From a virus (Duplodnaviria > Caudoviricetes): DNA of 41,640 nucleotides. The notes below the pieces were generated by a model, which worked only from the letters and a program-made list of their open reading frames with translations, ran no database searches and was not told the origin of the DNA. The position numbers and the translations under genes are program-made. Positions within the stretch are counted from its first letter, which is position 1. Every line of letters begins with the position of its first letter. The DNA lies in the IMG/VR virus record IMGVR_UViG_3300032254_000012, positions 1 through 41,640 of that record. One strand, 5' to 3'. This document shows, one piece after another, positions 18,637 through 28,178 of the stretch.

Positions 18637-18989
18637 TAGCGTGGGTGCGTTGGCTGCTTGCGGGAGAAGGTGAAATTGGCCCCGATTATTGTCGTTCCTG
18701 TAGCGCTAAACCCAACGCATTCACGCATTGTAAGGGTTGCGAGTGTCCTGAAATATTACCAGAGAATGAAAAAGCCATAGAGTTATTTATTGGTTGTGAT
18801 ACGCAGTGGCAACAATATGAAAACGGTTATAAGTACGCATTAAATTATGTTTCAGTAAAAATTGTAGCAGAGGCATTAGGTGTTGAGTGGGACAGCGATA
18901 TTTTTTCTGCAATTAAAACGCTTGAAGTTGCATCAATACAAAAACGTAATGAGAATATAGAGGCGCAATCTAACAGTGGCAAAGCGTAA
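18627..18989 (+). CDS. Chaperone -1 frameshift extension (gpGT-like, DUF1799-like)
   Basis: A AAA AAC at 18627-18633; the -1 frame is open into ORF 18645-18989 (PENEKAIELF..TQW...ALNY). Confidence 0.8.
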   Translation, partial: KKLIAWVRWLLAGEGEIGPDYCRSCSAKPNAFTHCKGCECPEILPENEKAIELFIGCDTQWQQYENGYKYALNYVSVKIVAEALGVEWDSDIFSAIKTLEVASIQKRNENIEAQSNSGKA

Positions 18990-21219
18990 AGATGTATTAC
19001 AGATTGTATTGCAGACTGACGGTCAAGGCCGGGTTAAGGCATCTCTTGCGGGCGTAAGCAAAGAGCTTGACACTCTTGAAGGCAAAGAACGCAAAGCAAA
19101 TGCTGCGGCAAAAACACTAACCAATACGCTGGGCGTTTTTGCCAGCGTTGTTGGTGCAGGCATTGCGATAAACACGATTGCAGAATTTGAGCGCCTTGAC
19201 ATCACATTAAACAACTTAGGCGTGTCGTTTGATGAAGTTAAAAAAATTACCAGCAAAGTTCCCTTTCAGCTAAGCCAAATTGCAGATGCTTCCATTAAGC
19301 TAAAAGCTTTTGGTTTAGATCCTTTGGATGGAACCATGCAGGCACTTATTGATCAATCTTCAAACCTTGGTGGTTCTCAAGAAACATTAAACGGAATTAT
19401 TTTAGCCGTTGGCCAAGCCTGGGCAAAACAAAAATTACAAGGCGAAGAAATTTTACAGCTGGTAGAGCGCGGCGTGCCTGTATGGTCAATACTCGAAAAA
19501 ACACTCGGTAAGAACGCAAAGCAACTTCAAAAAATGTCTGAGAAAGGTGAGTTGGGGCGTGATGCAATTCGAGGTTTAATCGATGAAATGGGGCGCTCTA
19601 ATTTTGGTGCGGCTGCTGATCAAATGGATACGGTTGGCGGGGCAATTTCAAACTTAAAAGATAGTGCTGACCAGCTTATAGCCTCTTTAGGTGAAGCGGG
19701 TTTATCAACAGTTATTAAATCTTCAGCTGGTTTTTTGGGTGATTTAGCTGAAGGTGTTAGAGAAAACAAAGAGGAGTTTATTGCGGTTGCTGCTGTTATC
19801 GCTGCAATAAAGTTAGGGCCGCTAGCTGCAAGCGCAGGGCTAACTGCTCATCAATTTATTAGAGCAAGAATAGAGTCATACCAGCTTCAAGTTGCTTTAG
19901 CAAAAATGGAAGGGGCAAGCGCTAAAGCGGCGCGAGGCATGTTAGCAACAGGAGCCGCGGCTCGCGGTCTTAGTAGTGCAATGGCGTTTCTCGGTGGTCC
20001 TGCCGGCATTATCGCAGGCGGTGTTACTGCTCTGAGTTTGTGGGCGCTGTCTAGTGATGATGCGTCTGAGTCAACTCAAACATTAAACGAGCGTATTGAT
20101 ACCCTGCTTGGCAATTACGACAAGATAAAAGAAAAAGAATTAGATAGAACGCTGGATGACATAACGGCAAAAATGTATGAGCAAGCCGAAGCCATAAAGC
20201 AGATAAAGAAAAATGCCTCCGTTACAACAGCACCGCTTAGTGGCAGCGAAATAGCAAAAATTGATGCGCTAAATGCAAGCTTAATGGCTTTGGGTACACA
20301 GTACGGCTTGGTTAGAGACAAAAGAGACAAGCTTAATGCAAAAAATACCGGTGATGGCAACACGCTTAACGATGACACTAATAATAAAAGGTATGAATTA
20401 GAGCTTAAGCGACAAGAAGCGCTCAATGCGAACATGCTTGAGCTGTCTCGTAGTTTTTATTCTGAAAAAGAACAGGCAGACGTTCTTTATTGGGAAAGAA
20501 AAACGATGCTTGAAAACTTATACCTTGAAGGGAAAGTTGCAAGCGAAGAAGAAAGGCGCGCCTTAGAGCTACAAATAACGCAAGAGCATGAAGAGTCGCT
20601 AACTGCAATAACACAAAAAGAAACGGCGCAGCGTGCGGCGGCAGAACAAAGAGTTAGCGCACAAATTTTGGCGATGAAATACCAGGTTGCACAACAATCT
20701 ATAAATCTACTTTCGTTAGTTGTAGGCGAAAGCAAGGCTGGACAGATCGTTGTTCTTGGGTTGCAAAAAGGACTTGCTATCGCGCAGATTTCTGTTAGCA
20801 CGCAAGTGGCCATGATGCAGGCAATGGCGCAACTTGGGCCAATTGCGGGGCCGCCAGCTGCTGCTGGCATTGCGAAAATGGGAGCGTTGTCTGCTGGGCT
20901 TGTTGTAGCAACAGGGATTGTGCAAGCTGCAAACATTGCCTCTGGCGGCGGCGCGCCTTCTTTGGGGTCGCCAACAAACCCGATAAACACCCAGCCTGCA
21001 TCTGTCAGTGGTGCGCCTACGCCTGCAAGCTCAAATTCAGTGCAGAATCAAACGCCTGCGCGTTCTGGTAACCAGACGGTTTTTAACTTAGTTGGGCGCG
21101 GCACGTTCGACAGCGAGCAGGTTGCTGATATGTTTGCCAAATTTAAAGAGGCTATAGACCGTGGTGACGAAGTCTTGATTAGCCCAAACAGTCGGCAAGC
21201 GTTGGAGTTGTCTGCGTGA
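18976..21219 (+). CDS. Tape measure protein
   Basis: Ala/Gly-rich helical 747 aa; AKQKLQGEEILQLVERGVP tape-measure domain. Confidence 0.92.
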   Translation: MAKRKDVLQIVLQTDGQGRVKASLAGVSKELDTLEGKERKANAAAKTLTNTLGVFASVVGAGIAINTIAEFERLDITLNNLGVSFDEVKKITSKVPFQLSQIADASIKLKAFGLDPLDGTMQALIDQSSNLGGSQETLNGIILAVGQAWAKQKLQGEEILQLVERGVPVWSILEKTLGKNAKQLQKMSEKGELGRDAIRGLIDEMGRSNFGAAADQMDTVGGAISNLKDSADQLIASLGEAGLSTVIKSSAGFLGDLAEGVRENKEEFIAVAAVIAAIKLGPLAASAGLTAHQFIRARIESYQLQVALAKMEGASAKAARGMLATGAAARGLSSAMAFLGGPAGIIAGGVTALSLWALSSDDASESTQTLNERIDTLLGNYDKIKEKELDRTLDDITAKMYEQAEAIKQIKKNASVTTAPLSGSEIAKIDALNASLMALGTQYGLVRDKRDKLNAKNTGDGNTLNDDTNNKRYELELKRQEALNANMLELSRSFYSEKEQADVLYWERKTMLENLYLEGKVASEEERRALELQITQEHEESLTAITQKETAQRAAAEQRVSAQILAMKYQVAQQSINLLSLVVGESKAGQIVVLGLQKGLAIAQISVSTQVAMMQAMAQLGPIAGPPAAAGIAKMGALSAGLVVATGIVQAANIASGGGAPSLGSPTNPINTQPASVSGAPTPASSNSVQNQTPARSGNQTVFNLVGRGTFDSEQVADMFAKFKEAIDRGDEVLISPNSRQALELSA

Positions 21220-21845
21220 GTGCAATAACGTATACGGCAAAAAGAAAGATCGTTCCTTCTGGTTTTAATGTGACGGATGTTGATTTGTCTATTGCTAGCG
21301 TTGACAACTCGATTAACTCTGTTACGACAGATTTGTCCGGGTTGTTGGCGAGTGACTATGTAGTGTTAACCGGGTCTGCGGTGGATGATGGCTGGCATGA
21401 GGTTTATGTTGATTCAACTGCAAACAAAATTGAGCTGCTGTCTTCTTTAACCGATGAGGCGGCGGGTTCGCCGATTAACATTACAGGTTATAAACACGGT
21501 CTGTCTGTTTCTTATAATTTAGAAACGGGTGCGCAGGCTTTAAACCCAAGTTATCCGGCTGATACAAAAGCACCTTCTTCGTTAAGCGGTGTAACAGAAA
21601 CGCTTTTATTTGCTGAGCATGAAGACTGGGATGTAACTACGCAAATTATCGAAGAGAGCGAGTTGCCTTATTGGCATGAGTTTTTTAGTTCTGTTCGTGC
21701 GGGAGAGTCATTTAACTTTGACCCTTATGGAACAATCGCGGTGCCAGATAGTGTTAAATCTTGTCGGCTTGTGGGTGATTATGTTGTTGCGCGCGTAGGT
21801 TCAAGTAAGCGTTATCGCATCTCATTTAAGGTGCGCGTACTATGA
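21216..21845 (+). CDS. Distal tail protein
   Basis: Position after TMP; GESFNFDPYG motif. Confidence 0.6.
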   Translation: MSAITYTAKRKIVPSGFNVTDVDLSIASVDNSINSVTTDLSGLLASDYVVLTGSAVDDGWHEVYVDSTANKIELLSSLTDEAAGSPINITGYKHGLSVSYNLETGAQALNPSYPADTKAPSSLSGVTETLLFAEHEDWDVTTQIIEESELPYWHEFFSSVRAGESFNFDPYGTIAVPDSVKSCRLVGDYVVARVGSSKRYRISFKVRVL

Positions 21846-24800
21846 GAACCGACTCCGCCGCCTTTGACCTGGTTAATGTATCTGCCAGTAAAGAGCCTCG
21901 TTACGTTGTTGAGGTTTCTTTTAACAAAGACAACACCGATTTATATTATTTTACCTCCCACACTGATGCCGCTTTGCCGCCTGGTGCGCTTTCAATTAAG
22001 GGTGTTGTTAAAAATATTTCTGGCATTAGTCAGTCTGTTACGCCAGAAAAAGCGCTGGCAACAATCGGGTCGTTTGATTTTAGTTTGGTTGATAAAGACA
22101 ACGCAACAACCGCTTTGCAATATAACAAACTTGCGTTGGGCAAGGGGTTGCGCGGGCAACGCGCAAGGGTTTATATCGGAGAGAAGAGTTTAGCGTGGGA
22201 CGATTATACATTAGCGCAAACCCAAGTTATTGAAAGCGTCTCTCATTTTGATGGTGGTTATAATTTTAAGTGTGACGACATTCAGCGCGAAACCAGAAAG
22301 GATATTTTTGATACCGCAAAGACAACCTTAACCCAAACCGTTTTGCCGGGTGACGATGTTATTAACGTCACTTCCACAGCAGGGTTTGAGCCGCTTAAAC
22401 ATGGCAACTCATACAGCGATGCGCCCAATCAAACGGTCTATTACTTTAAAATAGAAGATGAAGTAATAAGGGCAACAGGAAAAACAGCCAGCACATTTAC
22501 CGGCTGCACTCACGGGGTTTTAAATACCAAAGCGGTTAAGCATGTTGTTGATTTGACTGCGTCGAACGACAGGCGAACCGCTGTTGATGAGTATGTTTAC
22601 ATAGAACTGCCTATTCCTAAGTTAATCTACGCAATTCGTACAGGCAAGTTAATTGGTCAGACAGACGTACTACCGCCAATGTTGAATTTAGGTATAAATG
22701 AATCGTTTGTGAGGTTGTCTGATCATACTAATTACGGCTCAGACATTTATGATACAACCAACGACAACAACGGTGTGGTCGTTAGGCTTGAGGGACTAAA
22801 AAAACAAGACGGCAAAAAATTTATAGAAAAAGAGTTATTGCTCTTAATGGGAGCTTTTAGCCCGGTTTATAATGATGGCTCACTCGGCCTAAAACCTATG
22901 GTGCGTGTTTCTGCTGATGCTGGTTTTGTTTATGAGTTTACCGAAGATAATATTATAAGTTATTCAGATATTTCTTATGATATGTCGAACATTCATAATC
23001 ATATTGAAATTGAATGGAATTGGCTGGCAAGCAAAGAAAAATTTACACGCCGTAATGTTTTAATTGACGCTGACAGTATTGCAATAAACGGGCTCTCTAA
23101 ACCACTGCGCTTTAAGTTTAGAGGTTTGCATGGAAGTAGACATAGCGCGGAAACACTGGGTGAGCGTTTTAACGCTTTTCGAGACCGGTATTCGAGCCCG
23201 CCTATACGCTTAACAATTACCTGCTTGCTCTCAACTAACATTGTTGAAGTGGGCGATATCGTTCGGGTTAAGCATGAAAACATTCAAGATTATTATACTG
23301 GCACATCATTAGATAGATCATTTGAAGTTCAGAATGTTGCGATTGACTGGATTAACGGCAAGGTTACGTTTCGCTTATTCGGCTCAGCTAAAGAAGCGGG
23401 TGAATTGGCTTCAACAACCGCGACCAGTGTTATTGATGATGCCTGGTATACAAGCGAAGGTAAGAACCTGGCAACGTATGTTGGTGGAGGCTACAACGCA
23501 GCAACCGATTTTGAAGTGATCGGGGGTGTTGGGCATATTAAATCGTCATCCCAGCTAACGGGGGGGAGCAACTTAAACGATGCGAGCTCTTCTATTTACT
23601 ATTATGACGGCGATCTGGTTGTTGATTCCGCTGTTAATTTATCGATAACAAATAACGTCCAACTAAGAGCGAGAGGCCATGTTGCCATTAACGGCAATAT
23701 TAATGGTGTTGGGGCAGGTAATGCGGGCGGCGCTGACTTAAAGTCTGTTAATCAGCTGAGTCCATATACTACGCAAGGCGCAAGCAAATCAGATCTGTAT
23801 TCGCGCTCTTATAATGCGGGGGTAGCCGGGTTTATTGGCCCAACTGTCTCAATGGGCGGTGAGCGTCACGACAACAGCACTGACCAGGGGTATCTTAAAG
23901 CTATTGCCGGTAATCGGGTGGACGGCCAATTCTCGGCCGTCCCTAACTTAACGCTAAATTATGCTAACGGAAAATTAAACGGTATTCCGAACGACATGCG
24001 CGGCACGTCGGGGTCAAGTGGCGGAAACGTTAGTATTAAATACGGCGGATGGGTATATCACGGCTGGTCACACTGGATGGGTGGCGCAGGCGGTGCGGGC
24101 GGTGCGGGTTTATTTATTGTGTCGCGGGGCGTGAGTTTTGGCGCGTCTGGCAGCATTAATCTTTCTGGCGCTGATGGCGAAGCAGGCTCTTTTCATGGGG
24201 AGGCAACATACAGCGAAAGTTACGGTAATTCCACTAGCAAAGTAATAAACAAACCTAGTCACGCAGGAGGTGGCGCAGGCGGTGCGCCGGGTGCTGTTTA
24301 TTTTGCTATTGACGGCGCTTCGCAAACATATCCAAGTTTAAATAATATTACTAGTCGGTACGGCAATACGCCGATAAGCGGTTCAACTCGAACACCTTCA
24401 CCTTCCGTCTTTCTTAAAACTTATCCTCAGACAGGTTTTGCTTTTAATTGGTACCCATATTATCTTGGTGTTGGCGCGGCGAATGCCGACTTATCAGGCT
24501 ATAAAGGCGGATCAAGAGTGTCGTTTGTGATTGGTGCAGAAGCACCAGAAGAAGACACAGATGCGTTTGTTGTTGCGCCACCAGCCTCATTAGTTTTAGC
24601 CAGTGGAAGCTCGGCGTTATTTGTTAATGACGATGGCACGATTTTACCGAGAATTAAAATAAGCTGGAGTGAAAGCGCTGATATAAGAGTTGCCGGCTAT
24701 GAAGTGCAGTATAAAAAAACGTCTGACTCGGTTTGGGTTACTCAAGCCGATGTTATCGGCGAAACAGAATCTTACGTGTGGCCAGTTGACTCCGGGGTTG

Positions 24801-26029
24801 CTTACGACGTGCGAGTGCGCGCAAGTGACAGTGTAAGAAATACATCGGAATGGGTCACTAAGTTAAACCACACCGTTACAGGCAAGGAAGAGCCGCCGCC
24901 AAATGTTACCGGATTTTTAGCTACACAAAACGGCGAACAGGTTGTTTTTAAATGGGATAACACTCAAATATTAGACTCGGGCGGTTTTGAAATTCGTTAT
25001 GCAACACAAGGCAATGCAAGTTATAACAGCGCTCAACATTTAACGAAAGCGGCGAAGGGAACTGAACTAACCAGCTCGGCTATCCCTCCCGGTGCATACA
25101 CGTTTTTTATTAAAGAACGCGACAACGGCGGGCGTTTTTCAGAAAAAGCCGCAAGTTATGATTTAACCGTAACAACCAACTACGATTTTATTTATAAAAA
25201 TGCAGAGCATCCAGCCTGGTTAGGGCAACGTAAAGGGTTTGCTCTTCAGGCAAACGCTTTAATTCCAACTGCATCTGATGAAGCTGTGTATACAACAACT
25301 GAATTTGACTTAGGGTTTAATGATGTTGTTCGTGTGTGGGCAAATATTTCCGCGTCACTTTCTAACGTAACAAAGAAAGTTGTTCGCGGATCAATCACTG
25401 AGCCAGTGACTAAAATCAATAAGGCGGGCTCAATTACCGACCCGGTAACGGCGATTAATGATCGGGGCACGTTAAGTTACGGAGTAAGCGGCGACGCAAT
25501 AAATATTTCGCTTGAAAAAGCATCGCGTAAAGAGGGCGAGTATCACAGAGGCGCGGACTCTATTATCAGTCGCGGTTCAATCACTGAGCCAGTGACTAAA
25601 ATAATTAGTCGCGGTTCAATCACTGAGCCGGTAACAACAGTAAATGATAATGGTGAATTAATTTTATTTGAGCCGTGGACATTTGGCGATATTGACATGC
25701 GCCATATTATGTTTCGCGTTAAGTGTCTGCCTAATGAGCAGGGCAACTTACCTGTTCTTTTAGAATTTACCCCAACAATTGATTTGCTAGAACGAAAAGA
25801 ACGTGCCAGCGGATTAACGGTGGCTATCGGCGGCTCGCGCTTTAATTATACAAAGCAATTTCATCTTCCCCCGTTTGTTAACCCACAAATCGTGAGCAGC
25901 TCTTCATTATATGCGATTAAAACAAACGAAGATCTTAACGGGTTTGATGTGAGGGTTGAGGACAAAGCGGGAACTGATGTTGGCTTATCAAGCCCGGACG
26001 AATTCAAATATGAGGCGGCAGGTACATAA
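21842..26029 (+). CDS. Tail tip/central fibre protein (hub, Gly-rich region, FN3 domains)
   Basis: 1395 aa; GGAGGAGG tracts; ISWSES..GYEVQYK...YDVRVRA FN3 pattern. Confidence 0.85.
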   Translation: MRTDSAAFDLVNVSASKEPRYVVEVSFNKDNTDLYYFTSHTDAALPPGALSIKGVVKNISGISQSVTPEKALATIGSFDFSLVDKDNATTALQYNKLALGKGLRGQRARVYIGEKSLAWDDYTLAQTQVIESVSHFDGGYNFKCDDIQRETRKDIFDTAKTTLTQTVLPGDDVINVTSTAGFEPLKHGNSYSDAPNQTVYYFKIEDEVIRATGKTASTFTGCTHGVLNTKAVKHVVDLTASNDRRTAVDEYVYIELPIPKLIYAIRTGKLIGQTDVLPPMLNLGINESFVRLSDHTNYGSDIYDTTNDNNGVVVRLEGLKKQDGKKFIEKELLLLMGAFSPVYNDGSLGLKPMVRVSADAGFVYEFTEDNIISYSDISYDMSNIHNHIEIEWNWLASKEKFTRRNVLIDADSIAINGLSKPLRFKFRGLHGSRHSAETLGERFNAFRDRYSSPPIRLTITCLLSTNIVEVGDIVRVKHENIQDYYTGTSLDRSFEVQNVAIDWINGKVTFRLFGSAKEAGELASTTATSVIDDAWYTSEGKNLATYVGGGYNAATDFEVIGGVGHIKSSSQLTGGSNLNDASSSIYYYDGDLVVDSAVNLSITNNVQLRARGHVAINGNINGVGAGNAGGADLKSVNQLSPYTTQGASKSDLYSRSYNAGVAGFIGPTVSMGGERHDNSTDQGYLKAIAGNRVDGQFSAVPNLTLNYANGKLNGIPNDMRGTSGSSGGNVSIKYGGWVYHGWSHWMGGAGGAGGAGLFIVSRGVSFGASGSINLSGADGEAGSFHGEATYSESYGNSTSKVINKPSHAGGGAGGAPGAVYFAIDGASQTYPSLNNITSRYGNTPISGSTRTPSPSVFLKTYPQTGFAFNWYPYYLGVGAANADLSGYKGGSRVSFVIGAEAPEEDTDAFVVAPPASLVLASGSSALFVNDDGTILPRIKISWSESADIRVAGYEVQYKKTSDSVWVTQADVIGETESYVWPVDSGVAYDVRVRASDSVRNTSEWVTKLNHTVTGKEEPPPNVTGFLATQNGEQVVFKWDNTQILDSGGFEIRYATQGNASYNSAQHLTKAAKGTELTSSAIPPGAYTFFIKERDNGGRFSEKAASYDLTVTTNYDFIYKNAEHPAWLGQRKGFALQANALIPTASDEAVYTTTEFDLGFNDVVRVWANISASLSNVTKKVVRGSITEPVTKINKAGSITDPVTAINDRGTLSYGVSGDAINISLEKASRKEGEYHRGADSIISRGSITEPVTKIISRGSITEPVTTVNDNGELILFEPWTFGDIDMRHIMFRVKCLPNEQGNLPVLLEFTPTIDLLERKERASGLTVAIGGSRFNYTKQFHLPPFVNPQIVSSSSLYAIKTNEDLNGFDVRVEDKAGTDVGLSSPDEFKYEAAGT
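25385..25650 (+). repeat. 13-aa (39-bp) GSIT[E/D]PVT repeats in the tail tip gene
   Basis: TCAATCACTGAGCC occurs three times plus a diverged fourth copy, arranged as two tandem pairs. Confidence 0.85.
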
Positions 26030-26373
26030 TGATGAAAGGATTCCCCAAACATATCGCAACAAAAAAGGACGTTGAGCAGCTAATGGCATACATCGGCACA
26101 CCCTCTGCGACACCTGAAAAAATGACAAAAGGACTTTTGTTTTTAAACAATTTATTAAACACAAAGCATTATGTGTTTGATCGTATTTTAACTTCATCAG
26201 AAACACCAGACGGCGTTGAGCCTGATTTTCGGGTGCTTGAAAATCAGGGCGCAAACAATGATGAACGGCACCAGTTTAGTTTTGTTGAAAACGCAAATGC
26301 ACAAATGATTAAGTTAGGACTAACAGAAATAGAAGTACAAAACCATATAACCATAGTTCAAGGGGCAATGTAA
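26029..26373 (+). CDS. Hypothetical tail-associated protein
   Basis: Coupled to both neighbours. Confidence 0.7.
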   Translation: MMKGFPKHIATKKDVEQLMAYIGTPSATPEKMTKGLLFLNNLLNTKHYVFDRILTSSETPDGVEPDFRVLENQGANNDERHQFSFVENANAQMIKLGLTEIEVQNHITIVQGAM

Positions 26374-27599
26374 TGGGAGCAACACAAGAAGAATTTAGAT
26401 TCGGCACAGCAGAAGAGCATGCGGTCATGGTCGGCGCTCTTAAGGAGGTCACTTATAATACAACCGATAATATATTGGTTGCTCATGACGGTGTAACACC
26501 AGGTGGGTTTCCTATTTTACCCTCGCAAGCGGCGGGGTTTGTTTCGTTGCAGGGTGAAATTTCAAAAGGGACGGGGGATACTTTAAACATACCGCAAGGC
26601 ATGGTGAATATAGGGGGTAACGGTAAGGGGTATATGCTCGCTGCTCAAGTTGATTTTGACCCTGTTTTAGAGGCTAATCGTGACTCATCATTTACTGCGT
26701 TGGCAGTGGGAGATGATATTTATATTTATGCTACGCAATATGCGAGCGGCACAGCTAAAATTGTTAGCTCAAAAAACAGTACGTTCCCAACCGGCTACAC
26801 CGCAACAAACTCTCGCAAAATTGGTGGTTTTCATTATGGCCGCGCTCGTGTGGTTGATGTTAACGGCACGCCGATTGATGGTGCCGGGGCGGTGTATGGT
26901 GCAGACGTAACAACACCATGGGAAGCCAACGTAACCAACGGCGCGATAGTGCCGAATAGCTGCTGGGATTTACAAAATCGCCCAACGTGTGACCCAACTG
27001 GCATGGCCAAGGTTGGTAATTTCTGGGTAGATATTTATCTCGCTTCTGCAAATGTTGCGCCGGTTGTCACCAACGGCAAGTTATCAGCAGGAACAAGCCA
27101 GTCAGCCTATGGCGGAACACCTTTAACTGGAACAGAGCTCCTTAATCAATATTTATTTAACGAGCTCGCATCTCGCACCGGCAAACGACTTTTATCGTTA
27201 AGCGAACATCATCAAATCTCAGAAGGCAGCCCGCAAGGGAATGGTGCGGATAATATTAACGCCTGGTCAGCAACAACAAACCCAGGGCGCGCAATAACCG
27301 GCACTGTAGTAAACGCAATAAGCGCCAACAACTTTATTGATTGCGTTGGCAATGTTTGGGAATGGCTTGATGAGTTTATGCAGAAGCCAACAGGCGCTAC
27401 TCCAGCATATTACGATCCGATGGCTGGCCAAGGTGTTGGTCAGCTATATATGTATGAAGCGACAGGTCTGGCGGCGGTGATCACTGGTGGCAATTGGAGC
27501 GACGGCGTGTTCGCCGGTTCGCGCTCGGTGTCCTTGAACAGCTCCCCGTGGAGCGTGAACACGAGCATTGGGTCCCGCTTCGCCTGTGACGCGCTGTAA
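26373..27599 (+). CDS. Mtd-like receptor-binding protein (Mtd_N plus FGE-type C-lectin fold), DGR-target type
   Basis: N-terminal FRFGTAEEH...VAHDGVTPGGFP; DCVGNVWEW; C-terminal GGNWSDG...GSR......PW....IGSRFACD. Confidence 0.85.
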   Translation: MGATQEEFRFGTAEEHAVMVGALKEVTYNTTDNILVAHDGVTPGGFPILPSQAAGFVSLQGEISKGTGDTLNIPQGMVNIGGNGKGYMLAAQVDFDPVLEANRDSSFTALAVGDDIYIYATQYASGTAKIVSSKNSTFPTGYTATNSRKIGGFHYGRARVVDVNGTPIDGAGAVYGADVTTPWEANVTNGAIVPNSCWDLQNRPTCDPTGMAKVGNFWVDIYLASANVAPVVTNGKLSAGTSQSAYGGTPLTGTELLNQYLFNELASRTGKRLLSLSEHHQISEGSPQGNGADNINAWSATTNPGRAITGTVVNAISANNFIDCVGNVWEWLDEFMQKPTGATPAYYDPMAGQGVGQLYMYEATGLAAVITGGNWSDGVFAGSRSVSLNSSPWSVNTSIGSRFACDAL

Positions 27600-27632
27600 T
27601 AAATAACACAAAGGCAACACACCGATTTTTTT

Positions 27633-27656
27633 AAAAACACCTTCGGGTGTTTTTTT
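27633..27656 (+). terminator. Rho-independent terminator
   Basis: AAAAACACC-TTCG-GGTGTTTTTTT. Confidence 0.8.
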
Positions 27657-27676
27657 ATGCTTTGAGGAAAAACAAA

Positions 27677-27805
27677 ATGTTTTATTTAAGCAACCGTTCA
27701 AAAGTTAGACGCGATGGTGTTGACTCGCGTTTGATTGAAGTAAACGACCTCGCGCTTGAAATTAGCGTGATTGATTTTGGTATACGCCCCATAGTGGCAC
27801 TCTAA
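27677..27805 (+). pseudogene. Truncated M15-type peptidase endolysin N-terminus
   Basis: GAGG RBS; MFYLSNRSKVRRDGVDSRLIEVNDLALEISVIDFGI resembles T5-like endolysin N-termini; stops after 42 aa. Confidence 0.65.
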
Positions 27806-27808
27806 AAA

Positions 27809-27824
27809 GAACGGTGTCGGACGA
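27809..27824 (+). promoter_or_regulatory. Late-promoter motif copy 3
   Basis: GAACGGTGTCGGACGA with TAAAAT at 27843, before the lysis genes. Confidence 0.7.
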
Positions 27825-27875
27825 CTAACATAAGTGACGTTATAAAATTAACTAAACAAGCAGACAGGCAATGAT

Positions 27876-28112
27876 ATGACACCAAAAGAAATTAAACAAC
27901 TTACTAAAGAGGGTGCGCTTGAGGCTTTGGCTGAGCTTGGACTTGCAGGTGATGGCGTGGTTGAGGATATTAAAGCTATTCGCGGTTGGCTTGATGGGTA
28001 TCGCCTAGTAAAAAGAACCGCTATCCAAACAACAATAAAGATGCTGACTTTAAGTTTTTGGATTTTAATGATTGGGGGCGTTTTGGCTTGGCTAAATACG
28101 CATTTGAAATAA
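27876..28112 (+). CDS. Lysis-region membrane protein (DUF6127-like)
   Basis: EGALEALAELGL...DIKAIRGWLDGYR plus C-terminal TM segment. Confidence 0.65.
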   Translation: MTPKEIKQLTKEGALEALAELGLAGDGVVEDIKAIRGWLDGYRLVKRTAIQTTIKMLTLSFWILMIGGVLAWLNTHLK

Positions 28113-28178
28113 GGATAGGGGTAACGCCTTTGCGTTATTACGCTTTAATTTTACAACAATAAAAAACCCCGGGGTTTA

